DNA of 47,165 nucleotides from a virus. Taxonomy: Duplodnaviria > Caudoviricetes. The stretch is from the IMG/VR virus record IMGVR_UViG_3300024038_000025, positions 1 through 47,165 of that record; one strand, written 5' to 3'. Positions 25,765 through 35,086 of this stretch are shown piece after piece; position 1 is the stretch's first letter; the number at the start of each line of letters is the position of its first letter. Below the pieces are notes generated by a model, which saw only the letters and a program-made list of their open reading frames with translations, searched no databases and had not been told where the DNA came from. The position numbers were made by a program, and so were the translations under genes.

Positions 25765-27710
25765 CAGTAGGCACTCTCGGTGTAGTCGTCGTATTCGTAG
25801 GCGCGCTCACCTTGGGCTTGTGGCGCAGGCGAGGTGGTGACTTCCGTGGTCGGTCCTTGCAGCACGATGGGCTGCGAGAACAGGTCGCGCGTGGGCGGGT
25901 ACAGCGCGGCGCGCAGCTTTGCCCATTCATGCGGTTGCTTCTTGTGCAGGCCCAGGTAGTAGGCAGCTGCGAGGTTGTAGACGGCGAGGTCGAGGGCCTC
26001 ATTGCGCTCGCCGTTCCCCTTGATCCACTCGCTGTACGCGTGGCCCTTGCGGTATTTGACGATGCGCCGCTCTGCGGTGAGCTGGGCGTAGTACTCGTCC
26101 GGAAGGTCGCGGGAGAAGTGGATCGCACCGGGTCCGTCCGCGAGCAGCCAGCGTGCGGCATGCCAGTCCTTCGCGGTGTCGGTACCGACGTACCAAAGTT
26201 CGACCCCCGCCCGATCGAGGCGTCCGCGCCAGTTCAGGTCCATGACGGCCGGCTTACTAGCGATGATCGGGCGGCCTGGCCGGCTCGCGCCCTTCACGGC
26301 CAGGACCTTGCGGTACTTTCGCGGCCGGCAGAAGTTGTAGACGTCCTGCGTGTTGTGGCCGCCAGAGTCGATGCAGGCGGCAGCAATGAGCATCGGCATG
26401 CCTGCCGCGTTGACCAAGGGCGCCTGCAGGATCGCGTCTAGATCCGCCCACACGGCGTCTTCAGACGGGGCGCCCCAGAGCACTTGGTGGTCGATCGTCC
26501 AGCGCTCTAGACCTTCGCCCCACCCCATCACCTTGAGCTCCAGGCGGCTTGGATGCACGTCGATTGCGGCGGTCAGAACCAGCACACCGCTCGGTACCGT
26601 ACGCAATCCGTAGGGCTCGGCCCGGGCCTTGAGTTGGTCTGCCCGCACCATCGCGACGGTGTTGTCGTACTCGAGGGCCAGCCGGGTGTTGTAGAACACC
26701 TGCATCGGCCCGTGGTCGCCGCGGTCAAGCGCCGCCTTGGCCTTGCGATACTGGCGCATCAGCGAGCGCCAACTGGTCCATCCGAGCGGCATGTAGAGCG
26801 CGGAGATCTGGAAGCTGGCCGTGACGCCATCGCCTTGTGCAGTGGCGCGCCACTCGCCTTCACCGAGCATCTGCGTTTTGAAGCCCTCGTCGATCTCACA
26901 GCCGCAATCGATGCAGACATACCAAGCGCGCGTGAGGGCCTCATCCGCGTGGAGGTGCTCCCACTCCAAGGGCTGCTTGTGTCCGCAGTGTGGGCACGGC
27001 ACGTTGTATCTGCGCTGATCGCCTTGGCGATACAGCTTCGCGATCCGGGACTGGTGCTTGAGGGTCGGCGAGCTGGTGTAGTAGCCCTTCCCGTTGTATT
27101 CGAACGTCGCACGGCGTGCATCGACGATCTCGACCGGATCGCCTTCACCATCCAGGTTATCCGCCCAGCGGTCGATCTCGTCGCCCCAGATGTATCGGGC
27201 AGGGATTTCAGCAAGGTTGCTCGCGGAGCCAGCCGTCGTGACGTACAGCGTGCCGCCGTCGAATTCCTTGGTGTCGACCGTGTTCCGCGAGTCTCTGCTG
27301 CGCGGGGCCGCGACACGCTCTTTCAACTCCGGGACGGCTTCGATGGTGGCGGCCAGGCGCGAAGAAACGCGCTTGGTGATCCCCAGCGTCGGGAGAAGCA
27401 CCAGGATGTTCGCGGGCGCCTGATGGATGCTCGCGCCCACGAAGTTGATGCCCGTCTGCGTCTTGAGCATCTGTGAGGCGCCCATGACGACGACGGTTCG
27501 GAACGGGTTCGCCGGCGACAGGCACCGGGCTACTTCGGCCGCGTACGGGGTGCGGTCCCCACGATACTTGCCGGGCTCTGCCGCCCCCGACTTCTTGGGG
27601 ATGACCATGAACTCGTCAGCCCACTCATCGATCCACATGTCCGGATCGGGCTCAACGCCAGCTGCGAAACCGTTGGCGAATGCGAGGAAGCCATCAGCGA
27701 TCGCGCCCAT
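25764..27710 (-). CDS. terL: Terminase large subunit, lambda gpA family
   Basis: RTPY, GASQMLKT Walker A, WGDEID Walker B, SSPT, PCPHCG, IDSGG and RNEALD motifs. Confidence 0.96.
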   Translation of the reverse strand: MGAIADGFLAFANGFAAGVEPDPDMWIDEWADEFMVIPKKSGAAEPGKYRGDRTPYAAEVARCLSPANPFRTVVVMGASQMLKTQTGINFVGASIHQAPANILVLLPTLGITKRVSSRLAATIEAVPELKERVAAPRSRDSRNTVDTKEFDGGTLYVTTAGSASNLAEIPARYIWGDEIDRWADNLDGEGDPVEIVDARRATFEYNGKGYYTSSPTLKHQSRIAKLYRQGDQRRYNVPCPHCGHKQPLEWEHLHADEALTRAWYVCIDCGCEIDEGFKTQMLGEGEWRATAQGDGVTASFQISALYMPLGWTSWRSLMRQYRKAKAALDRGDHGPMQVFYNTRLALEYDNTVAMVRADQLKARAEPYGLRTVPSGVLVLTAAIDVHPSRLELKVMGWGEGLERWTIDHQVLWGAPSEDAVWADLDAILQAPLVNAAGMPMLIAAACIDSGGHNTQDVYNFCRPRKYRKVLAVKGASRPGRPIIASKPAVMDLNWRGRLDRAGVELWYVGTDTAKDWHAARWLLADGPGAIHFSRDLPDEYYAQLTAERRIVKYRKGHAYSEWIKGNGERNEALDLAVYNLAAAYYLGLHKKQPHEWAKLRAALYPPTRDLFSQPIVLQGPTTEVTTSPAPQAQGERAYEYDDYTESAY

Positions 27711-28300
27711 CAGGCAGCCTCCTCGTGGTCACGCATGAGGCGCGAGACCTGCTCTAGAGGTCGGCGCAGCTCTTCCCGCAGTCGGCGTTCGATCACGGCG
27801 GGATCCGTGATACTCGCCAGCTCCGCGGCAACTTTCGGCGGTACGGCGAGGATCAGGTCCCGTAGCATGCGGCCGGCGTCGAACGCAGCGCGGTGAACTT
27901 CGGCCTTCTGAACCAACTCGCCCGCCAGCGCGCGCAGCTCGATCTCGGCCTTCGAGGCCTCGGCCACTTCGCGGCGCGTTTTCGCTTGCCAATAGGGGTT
28001 CTGGGCCCCCTCCCCCGCCGCGGGCACAACGACAGCCCCTCCCCCCTCCCCTTCAGCGCTGCCCGCGCCTGCCGCGGTGCGCGGGGCATTCGCCCTCGCG
28101 GCCTGATCCACGTCGGTGTTGCGCGACCACTGAATGTCCGCGACAGCTGGGTCGATGCGCTCGCGTCCCTTCTCGTCGGGCACCGTGCTGATGCGGTTCG
28201 ATGCGATCGCCTTCTGCACTGCGCGCAGCGTCGTGCCGCCGAGACCGCGCTCTTTGCGGTGCTCCGCGTACTGACGAAGCGACATCAACTGACGACCCAT
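27710..28300 (-). CDS. terS: Terminase small subunit
   Basis: N-terminal wHTH (SLRQYA...AVQKAI), coiled coil, GELV motif; coupled to terL. Confidence 0.85.
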   Translation of the reverse strand: MGRQLMSLRQYAEHRKERGLGGTTLRAVQKAIASNRISTVPDEKGRERIDPAVADIQWSRNTDVDQAARANAPRTAAGAGSAEGEGGGAVVVPAAGEGAQNPYWQAKTRREVAEASKAEIELRALAGELVQKAEVHRAAFDAGRMLRDLILAVPPKVAAELASITDPAVIERRLREELRRPLEQVSRLMRDHEEAA

Positions 28301-28304
28301 GTTG

Positions 28305-28430
28305 ACTACCCGTTTTCCTGAATGACGACCTAAGTGACGACCCCGACGGAATCCCAGCCGCTAACACTTCGACGAGGTGTTCATTACCCTTGCCGGGAGA
28401 GGCCCGGGAGGACCCGTGCGACTACCCGGC
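28305..28430. other. Candidate cos/packaging region
   Basis: Non-coding gap upstream of terS with GACTACCC/GACGACC repeats; position as in lambda; cut site not identified. Confidence 0.4.
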
Positions 28431-28460
28431 GAGCCGATGAGTGAGCAGGAGGGCAGCGCA

Positions 28461-29282
28461 TCAGCGGCCACCGCCCATTGCTGCGTTGAGGTTCTTGAAG
28501 AACTCGGAGGCGGCATCGCGATCGACGACGCGCGCCACGTTCTGCTCCAGGTGGATGCGCTGGCGATACACGGGCACGCGCACGAAGCGGACGATCGGCT
28601 GGACGTCGGCGCCGTGGATGCCACGCTTGGCCCAGATCCCGGGCGGCAGGTGCTGGCTTCGGCCGTGCTGCCATGAGCCCGCACCAAACCAGTTGCCCTT
28701 GCCGCGGCTGATGAAGTACGCGACGCCGTTGATGGTCGCGAAGCCACGTGCGCTGCGGCCTCGCTTCTCGGTCCGTGCTTTGCCCTTGGCCGTGGCGTTG
28801 GCGCTGTAGCCCTGTTCGCTGAAGGCCTGCAGGTAGGACATAAGCTTCACGATGAAGCTGGCCGGCATGTTGCCGAAGGCGTCGAGTTGCGCTGCGTCGC
28901 CAGGCACGACGGCCCAGCCGTTGGGCAGGTAGCCCATGCGACGCAGCGCACCCTCAAAGGCCTTGAACTTCCGCTGTCCGCCGGTGAATTCGTGACCCAG
29001 CACGTCCAGCGGCGAGCGGGACTGCTTGTTCTGCGACGTGTCCTTGAGGCCCACGGACGCTTCGAGCTGCGCCTTGGTCGCTGGCTTCACCACCAGGGAG
29101 CGCAGGGCATACGCGGTCGGGCGATCGAACACGCTGCGCATCTCGCGCTCGGTCTCGGCCTGGCCGGACTTGGCCAGAGCGGTGAGCGTCCGGGCTGTGG
29201 CAAACGGAATGTGCCTGGAGCCGAGGGCGCGCAGATCCTGCACCACCGAGCGGACGTCCTTGGCGACATCGTAGGAGATCAT
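28461..29282 (-). CDS. Neck/tail-completion-like protein (lambda Z / HK97 gp10-like)
   Basis: IPFATARTLT...VFDRPTAYAL and PPGIWAK motifs; basic protein. Confidence 0.65.
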   Translation of the reverse strand: MISYDVAKDVRSVVQDLRALGSRHIPFATARTLTALAKSGQAETEREMRSVFDRPTAYALRSLVVKPATKAQLEASVGLKDTSQNKQSRSPLDVLGHEFTGGQRKFKAFEGALRRMGYLPNGWAVVPGDAAQLDAFGNMPASFIVKLMSYLQAFSEQGYSANATAKGKARTEKRGRSARGFATINGVAYFISRGKGNWFGAGSWQHGRSQHLPPGIWAKRGIHGADVQPIVRFVRVPVYRQRIHLEQNVARVVDRDAASEFFKNLNAAMGGGR

Positions 29283-29366
29283 GCGAGCGCCCTTTGTGCT
29301 TCCTGCACTGCCACCACCCCGACCAACACCATCAACAACTTCCCCACTTTTCTTTGAGAGAACGTA

Positions 29367-29581
29367 GTTACGTGGGTTACGAAGGTGGTTACGCGGGAGA
29401 GGCGCGTGGTTACGTGAGTTACGCGGTTACGATGGGGTCGCGGGTATGAGAAGAGAGCTGCGTGAGAGTCACGCGCGCGCACTCGCGCATGTGTGATGCA
29501 AACCCCGAAAACACCGTAACCCACGTAACGGCGCGGTTCTCCGGCGTAACCGGCATCGAAACCGGGTCGTAACCGCGTAAC
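29367..29581. repeat. Iteron array, candidate replication origin
   Basis: Six GTTACG (29367, 29376, 29388, 29409, 29418, 29426) facing five CGTAAC (29515, 29524, 29545, 29568, 29576); directly downstream of the helicase. Confidence 0.85.
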
Positions 29582-29585
29582 CAGA

Positions 29586-30965
29586 TCAAGCCTCGTCGTC
29601 ATGCTGGTGCCCGCCTTGGAACGAGTTGAGGTGCTTGGTGAAGGCCTCGGACGCCTCGGCAGCCCAGCGGCCCAAGGTCATGCCCTCGCTGGGCTCGCAC
29701 TTCGCCGGAATCCACATGCGGTCGCACTTCTGGTGCCCCGCCGAATCCAGCTTCACCACGCGCGTCTCCAGCCGACCACTCGCCCACTTCGTGATCTGAG
29801 CGGTCGCGACGTTCTGGGGTGGAGGGAAGCGCTCGCCGTTGCGCCTGCACCAGGCGAGGAAGGCCCGGTACAGCTGCGCCACACTGCACACCTGCAGAGG
29901 GAGCGGGAGATAGCCTTCCAGCCACTCGGCCGCAAAGCGCTCCGCTGGCTTCATGCCCAGCTCGATCAGGTCGCGCTTGGCCGAGGTCATCAGCGGCTTG
30001 GTCCAGACGTCGAAGTCGCCCAGGTCAAGGTTGAGCAGGTAGTGGTACAGCGCCTCTACGCCCCCGTTCTGCCGGCACGCACGCGCCTTTGCGTACAGTT
30101 CGGGATGCGCCGCCGCGGGCGTGTAGACCACCAAGTACCGCCGGTCGTCCTTCTCCAACGCCAGCGGCTGCACTTCGTTGGAGAGGAAAACCACGTTCAT
30201 CGAGTTCGCCTCGATCCGCCGTGGCAGGTTCTTCGGGTTGATGGGGATCGTCTCGCCCGTGATCATTTTCTTGAGCTTGTTCTTCTGGTGGAACAGCTCC
30301 GCCCGCGCGACCACCTCGTCGCCGATCGCCATCAGCTTCTGAGATGCCCAGTCGTTGAACTTGTCTTCGAGCTCGTCCTGACCGACCACAATCGCGTATC
30401 GCCCATAGATCTTCGCCACCGCCTCGAAGAACTCGTTCTTGCCCGCCCCCTGCCCGCCATGGAACACCAGCGCCGACTGCAGCTTCGCGCCCGGGCGTTG
30501 CAGGGGAAGCGCGAGCCAGCACAGCACCCAATGCACCACCTTCTGCACTTCATCTGGCGTCTCCGCGCTCTTTGCGCACAGGTGGTAGAGCAGGTCCAGG
30601 ATCGGGCCGCAGTCGCCCTCCTTCGGCTTCATCGCGAAGCCGGTGAAAAGATTCACCTCGTCCTCTCCGCAGTTGTCAGCGGGCTTGAACACCAGCCCTT
30701 CCGGGTTCACCTGTCGTCGGTCCGGCGAGTGCTGCCAGAGCTTCACCATGTCGGTGCCAAACGCGAGCCGCATGGCGCCGATCTTCATGACGATGTTCTC
30801 CTGCGTATCGAACACCGTGTCGGTCGAGTAGATCAGCACGAACCGGTTGAGCAGGTGGTTGAAGAGGCCCCAATCGACCGGCTTCTGCTTTTTCTTGGGC
30901 TTGTCCCCTTCCCCCTTTGCGGGTGCGTCCGCCTGGGGGGATGGGGGTTCAGTGCGGGAGGTCAT
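29586..30965 (-). CDS. SF3 replicative helicase (D5/P4-alpha-like C-terminal module)
   Basis: GGQGAGKN Walker A, IGDE Walker B, FLSNE motif C, DRRY arginine finger; C-terminal wHTH-like domain. Confidence 0.88.
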   Translation of the reverse strand: MTSRTEPPSPQADAPAKGEGDKPKKKQKPVDWGLFNHLLNRFVLIYSTDTVFDTQENIVMKIGAMRLAFGTDMVKLWQHSPDRRQVNPEGLVFKPADNCGEDEVNLFTGFAMKPKEGDCGPILDLLYHLCAKSAETPDEVQKVVHWVLCWLALPLQRPGAKLQSALVFHGGQGAGKNEFFEAVAKIYGRYAIVVGQDELEDKFNDWASQKLMAIGDEVVARAELFHQKNKLKKMITGETIPINPKNLPRRIEANSMNVVFLSNEVQPLALEKDDRRYLVVYTPAAAHPELYAKARACRQNGGVEALYHYLLNLDLGDFDVWTKPLMTSAKRDLIELGMKPAERFAAEWLEGYLPLPLQVCSVAQLYRAFLAWCRRNGERFPPPQNVATAQITKWASGRLETRVVKLDSAGHQKCDRMWIPAKCEPSEGMTLGRWAAEASEAFTKHLNSFQGGHQHDDEA

Positions 30966-30978
30966 CGGGACTACGACG

Positions 30979-31968
30979 TCAGGCTGCGACACCAGCCGAA
31001 TCCTCAAAACGCACGGGCGCGCCAAGCAAGAACGAGAGCGGTGCAGCCAACTGGCGCGCCACCACATCGAGCCCCTCACGCACGTGCAGATCATTGAAAT
31101 CCGTATCCTTCGGCCCGCGCTCCGCGCGGAACACCGGATACACCATCTGCACGCGGTCCAGCGTCCGCGTCAGGATCTTGGCCTTCGTTCGGCCGGGATT
31201 GCCTTCGGTGCGCCAGTCATCGTCGGCGCAGATCAGAATCGGGCTCTGCGGGTGGCACTTCTGCACCACATGCACAACCCACTCCAGGTTGTAGGCGTCA
31301 AACGCGACGAACACCGGCCAGCGGCGGCGCACGGCCATACGCACGCTCATGCCTGTGGCGTAACCCTCGGTGATCAGAATGGGCTCCTTCGCCACCACCA
31401 GGCCAAGGCGGCACGCGGTGCCACGCTTCGCCATCCCGGATGTGAAGAGCTTCGCGCCGTCGGGCTTGATGGTCTGGATGCCTGCCAGCGCCTGATGGCG
31501 CGGCAGGTCGTAGCGGATCATCGGAATGCGCAGCCAGCCGCGGTCAAAGCGCACGCCCTCTGTCCGCTCGATCTGTTTGCGCTGCAGATAGCGGCTCTCG
31601 CCCTCGGCCTTGGCCTTGCGCCAGATGTCCATCGCCTGCAGGGCCGCGGACTCCACCTCCCGTTCGCGCTCTTCGCGTGCCTGGCGCTCCCTGAGTTCGC
31701 GCTCCGCTTTCCTGCGAGCCTGCTCAGCGGCAGACAGCGGAGCGAGGTCGAGCTCCACCTTCTCACGCTCGCCGGACTTGTAGCTGCCAAACGACCCCGT
31801 GATGAAGCAACCGCCCACGTCCGGCCGCCACAGGTGCAGGCGATACCAGAACTTGCCGCCCTTGCTGCAGGTGTGGCGCGCGCCATCAACCCGCAGCGGC
31901 AGGTCGCGTGAGCGGAACTGGATGCCGAACTGCTCCATCTGCAGCTTCACGGACGATTCATTGTCCAT
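30979..31968 (-). CDS. Toprim-domain primase
   Basis: YLQRKQI, ITEGYATG, ICADDD and DTDFNDL motifs. Confidence 0.9.
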   Translation of the reverse strand: MDNESSVKLQMEQFGIQFRSRDLPLRVDGARHTCSKGGKFWYRLHLWRPDVGGCFITGSFGSYKSGEREKVELDLAPLSAAEQARRKAERELRERQAREEREREVESAALQAMDIWRKAKAEGESRYLQRKQIERTEGVRFDRGWLRIPMIRYDLPRHQALAGIQTIKPDGAKLFTSGMAKRGTACRLGLVVAKEPILITEGYATGMSVRMAVRRRWPVFVAFDAYNLEWVVHVVQKCHPQSPILICADDDWRTEGNPGRTKAKILTRTLDRVQMVYPVFRAERGPKDTDFNDLHVREGLDVVARQLAAPLSFLLGAPVRFEDSAGVAA

Positions 31969-32155
31969 GGGCGCCCCCCTGCCCTTCGGGCGCTTCCGCA
32001 ACCGAGGGAGCGGGAGCCTGAGAGCTGAAGGCAGCGAGCAGCTGGCGCTCGCACTCGTCCAGCTCAGCGGACACGCGCCGATACCAGCGAACCGCAATCA
32101 CCATGCAGCGCCACAGCACCAGCGCCGCGAGGAGCAGGATCAGCGCGCCAAGCAT
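31958..32155 (-). CDS. Small single-TM hypothetical protein
   Basis: Hydrophobic N-terminus; coupled to both neighbours. Confidence 0.55.
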   Translation of the reverse strand: MLGALILLLAALVLWRCMVIAVRWYRRVSAELDECERQLLAAFSSQAPAPSVAEAPEGQGGAHGQ

Positions 32156-32361
32156 CAGGCCGCCACCTTCGATCTGGCGCGCCGCTGTTCCCAGTCCGCA
32201 CGGCACTCCACATCACACCAGCGCAGGCCGGCGTCCACATCCTGGCCGCAGTTATGGCAGGTGCCGATAGGCTCAGCGGCCGGACGAAACCTGCGGGCAG
32301 CGGCCACCTCGTAGCCGAGCGTGCGCTCGTAGTGCTCTTGCGCGCGATCCATCTCGTCCAT
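32155..32361 (-). CDS. TraR/DksA-like zinc-finger protein
   Basis: N-terminal DxxDxA and CHNC...CDVEC. Confidence 0.7.
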   Translation of the reverse strand: MDEMDRAQEHYERTLGYEVAAARRFRPAAEPIGTCHNCGQDVDAGLRWCDVECRADWEQRRARSKVAA

Positions 32362-32870
32362 CAGCGGGCCCCCCGGCGCGCTTCGAGGGAAACCGCACCT
32401 TCGGTCACCATCGTTTCAATGTCGCGCAGGTGCTTGTGGACCGCAGCGATAAGGCGGTTGCCGCGCAGCTTGTAGCTCGCGAACTCGTCAGGCGTGATGA
32501 GTCCGTCAGCCCGCGCCTCAGTCAACTCGCGCGCCAGGTCACCAGCGGTGCGCATGATCTCCAGTAGGCCTGCGGTGACGTCATCCTCGCCGGCAATTCC
32601 GGGCTCCGGCAGCGGCACGAAGATCCCGCCGTGGGCTTCCGCCTTGGCTTCCGCGTACGCGTTGGCGCCGGTGCGCAGTCGCACTGCGGTGGCGATCGCG
32701 TCCGCCTCACGGTCCGTGATCTCGTAGCTGGGCATCGAGTCCGCGAACTTGTTGTGCAGCACCCCTGCGCTGCGGCCAATCAACTGCGCCAGGGCCGCAA
32801 TGCCGCCCGGATAAGCCTTTGCGTCGGCGTGGAGGGTCGTGATCGGGTCACGTTTTTCCGTATGAGTCAT
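32361..32870 (-). CDS. cII: Phage regulatory CII-family protein
   Basis: YPGGIAALA...VLHNK and ARADGLITPDE motifs; downstream of cro. Confidence 0.8.
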   Translation of the reverse strand: MTHTEKRDPITTLHADAKAYPGGIAALAQLIGRSAGVLHNKFADSMPSYEITDREADAIATAVRLRTGANAYAEAKAEAHGGIFVPLPEPGIAGEDDVTAGLLEIMRTAGDLARELTEARADGLITPDEFASYKLRGNRLIAAVHKHLRDIETMVTEGAVSLEARRGAR

Positions 32871-32948
32871 GGGCGGTGCGCCTCAGTAAACATCGGCCGC
32901 GGTGCGCGGCAATCTGCAGGGGACGAAACGACACAGGGACTCACGAAC

Positions 32949-33191
32949 ATGGAACGACCCCGCATCGCCTTCATTGGAGACAGCGCACTGGCCTTCGAGC
33001 TGGCCATGTACCTGCTGGTGGATTGCATCTGCATGGAGATGCCGACCGTCGGCCACCTGTTGGTGGGCGAGCTGGACAAGCTGATTGCCGAAGGCGTAGG
33101 CACGCCTGGTGCACGCAACGGGCTGGCAGGCATTCGCGAGAGCGTTGCCCGCGTGCTGGGCCCGCTCACGCAGACCGGCCCCATGCAATGA
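32949..33191 (+). CDS. Hypothetical protein antisense to the cro-cII operon
   Basis: 80 aa ORF filling the cro-cII gap; CAGGGA RBS; protein-like composition. Confidence 0.5.
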   Translation: MERPRIAFIGDSALAFELAMYLLVDCICMEMPTVGHLLVGELDKLIAEGVGTPGARNGLAGIRESVARVLGPLTQTGPMQ

Positions 33192-33202
33192 AGCAGATCG
33201 AG

Positions 33203-33436
33203 TCATGCAGCCTCAGCGCTGGGCCGACCACGGAGGTAGGCCCAGTCGCAGTCCGGCCGCAAGGTTTCGACGGGCACGTTGCCGGCGGACTCGCGATCAA
33301 TGGCGATCGCGAGGTTCTCGCCGCAGGGCTTGCCATAGGCCACGTTGCGCAGATGGCCGGGAGTCGTGTCGCAGCGTCGAGCGAAATCGGCGCGCTCGGC
33401 GGCAGTCATGCCAAGGTAGAAGTCTCGCAGTTCCAT
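33203..33436 (-). CDS. cro: Cro/YdaS-like HTH regulator
   Basis: FARRCDTT.GHL...LAIAIDRES.G.V..ETLRPD.DW motif; divergent from cI. Confidence 0.88.
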   Translation of the reverse strand: MELRDFYLGMTAAERADFARRCDTTPGHLRNVAYGKPCGENLAIAIDRESAGNVPVETLRPDCDWAYLRGRPSAEAA

Positions 33437-33440
33437 GCGA

Positions 33441-33501
33441 ACACAGTAACCGCACGGTTACTGTGTGTCAATAACCGATCGGAGACTTACCGAACGGTGA
33501 C
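33441..33501. promoter_or_regulatory. OR operator cluster and PR promoter
   Basis: Perfect palindrome ACACAGTAACCG-CA-CGGTTACTGTGT plus two degenerate ACCG-NN-CGG sites; minus-strand TTGACA (33471-33466), 17 bp spacer, TACTGT (33448-33443). Confidence 0.85.
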
Positions 33502-33523
33502 TGATCGGATTGAATCAGGTCCG

Positions 33524-34006
33524 ATGGATATCAGCCAGATACGTCGCGCCCGCCTCAAGCAACTCATCAACGACCAATTCGAGGGCGTCGTGCTGCGCTT
33601 CGCCGAAGCGATGGAGATGAAGCCGCCCCAGGTGCATCGCTGGCTGACCCAAGCGAAGAGCGGGCAGAACATCAGAGAGGATTCCGCACGCAACATCGAG
33701 TCGCGGTGTGGGCTTCCGCGCGGCTGGATGGATTTGTCCGCTGGCGAGACTCACTCACAACCGAGTGAAGGCGCGGCGGAAGCTCGCGCGGTTGCCGACG
33801 CGGTAGCCGAATACCGCACAACCACCAAAACCGTGAATTTCGACGCGGCAACGCGCGTTCTACGCGAGGTCTGCGACGCCCTGGGCGTATCGTTCGACGA
33901 AATCGTCGAGCACCACTATGGGGCATTGCACCCGGCCGAGGCTCCGACGAAGCTGCCGACCAGGCGCAGCGAACCCGGCACGGCGCAAAAGAAAAAGCCC
34001 GCTTAG
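33524..34006 (+). CDS. cI: CI-like repressor without S24 peptidase domain
   Basis: IRRARLKQLI...ARNIESRCGLPRGWMD HTH; only 160 aa; divergent from cro. Confidence 0.85.
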   Translation: MDISQIRRARLKQLINDQFEGVVLRFAEAMEMKPPQVHRWLTQAKSGQNIREDSARNIESRCGLPRGWMDLSAGETHSQPSEGAAEARAVADAVAEYRTTTKTVNFDAATRVLREVCDALGVSFDEIVEHHYGALHPAEAPTKLPTRRSEPGTAQKKKPA

Positions 34007-34014
34007 AGCGGGCT
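33991..34014 (-). terminator. Intrinsic terminator for the minus-strand accessory genes
   Basis: AGCCCGCT-TAG-AGCGGGCT hairpin with adjacent A-tract on + (U-tract on -). Confidence 0.7.
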
Positions 34015-34106
34015 CAGGGTGGGGCGCAGGGCAAGCGGGCGGCTGTTCTCGGGGCCGCGATAACTGGCTCGACGACCACACACCCTCTGACGGTGCGTGA
34101 CCTGCT

Positions 34107-34340
34107 TCAGTCAGTGTAATGCAAGAGCATATCCCTCAGTTTGTCAGCACCGAAATGTGCTGTCCGGCGGTCCTGCTCAAGCGCACCTCCCACGCCGAGC
34201 TCGAACTTGCGGTCCTGGTCCAGGGCCGCGTATGCCACGCCGATGATTTCACCTTTGTCAGCCCGGATCGCCAGATGGCGAAGCACCGCTGCTGTTCGTT
34301 TTGAATTGACTGCTGTCAGTGAATACGGCGGCTGTCTCAA
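34107..34340 (-). CDS. Hypothetical protein (77 aa)
   Basis: AGGAG RBS with TTG start; GEIIGVAYAA motif seen in small prophage proteins. Confidence 0.65.
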   Translation of the reverse strand: MRQPPYSLTAVNSKRTAAVLRHLAIRADKGEIIGVAYAALDQDRKFELGVGGALEQDRRTAHFGADKLRDMLLHYTD

Positions 34341-34430
34341 CGTCTCCTACTCCCAACTTTGGAATGTGAACCCTCCGGTTCAGTATTGTCCAAACTGGGA
34401 GCCAGGCGAGTTGTTAAAGCATGTCTCGGG

Positions 34431-35075
34431 TTATCGAGATGACGACGACTCAGCGTCGCCAGTAAAGCCGGCCCATTTCTGTTCGCCAATGCCGGTAGTC
34501 AGCGAAAGTTCGTGCCGCTGGAGCCTTGTGGCTGCTCTGGAGTCACGCAGCCGAGCGAGCCGCGCTTCGCGTTCAGATTTCTCGACGACCTTGCGCTCCA
34601 TCTTCGATTTGAATGTTCGAAGCTGGTCCTGCCAAGACAACTGAACCAAGAAAGCCATCAGGTTGAACGCAAACGCAGCGCCCACAACGGCGGCTTGCCA
34701 CTGCATCGTGAACCACGGTGGAACTGGCACCTTCGCCAAGGAAATTACGAAAGGCAGGCCCGCCACGCACCCCACAACAATGTTGAGGAGACCGTAAGCT
34801 CTTTGCCGTCGAATGATGACGCGGATTTTCTCTTCGGCCCGCGCGTACGCCGCATCATCGAGCCCAGGCAGCTGGCTGAGGCTCGCCACATCCCAATACT
34901 GTCCAGTGAGCACGCTAAAAACGGCTACCGCAGCGGCGAAGGCAGCGCCAGACGCCACGACTATCAATCCCGGGTCGACCCTTGGCGCGCCCCAATAGCA
35001 CAGGGGCCCGACTCCTAGGAGAAGGACCGCATGCAAATAGGTCGGCTTGAGAAGCCACTCAAAAAAGGATCGCAT
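34431..35075 (-). CDS. Multi-TM membrane protein (RexB-like position)
   Basis: ~4 hydrophobic segments and a C-terminal coiled coil; 11 bp after the 326 aa gene. Confidence 0.75.
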   Translation of the reverse strand: MRSFFEWLLKPTYLHAVLLLGVGPLCYWGAPRVDPGLIVVASGAAFAAAVAVFSVLTGQYWDVASLSQLPGLDDAAYARAEEKIRVIIRRQRAYGLLNIVVGCVAGLPFVISLAKVPVPPWFTMQWQAAVVGAAFAFNLMAFLVQLSWQDQLRTFKSKMERKVVEKSEREARLARLRDSRAATRLQRHELSLTTGIGEQKWAGFTGDAESSSSR

Positions 35076-35086
35076 GCTCGGAAGTG

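Noticed and set aside
29424-29431. Iteron CGGTTACG resembles the operator half-site CGGTTAC
   Set aside because: Only half-sites; no ACCG-NN-CGGT dyad at the origin, so repressor binding is unsupported.
29279-29602. 107 aa ORF with VTHVT repeats
   Set aside because: Peptide repeats are just the translation of the GTTACG iterons; region is better explained as the origin.
32876-33523. Long N-terminal extension of cI in the ORF track (376 aa)
   Set aside because: Runs antisense through cro and the operators; the HTH starts at ATG 33524.
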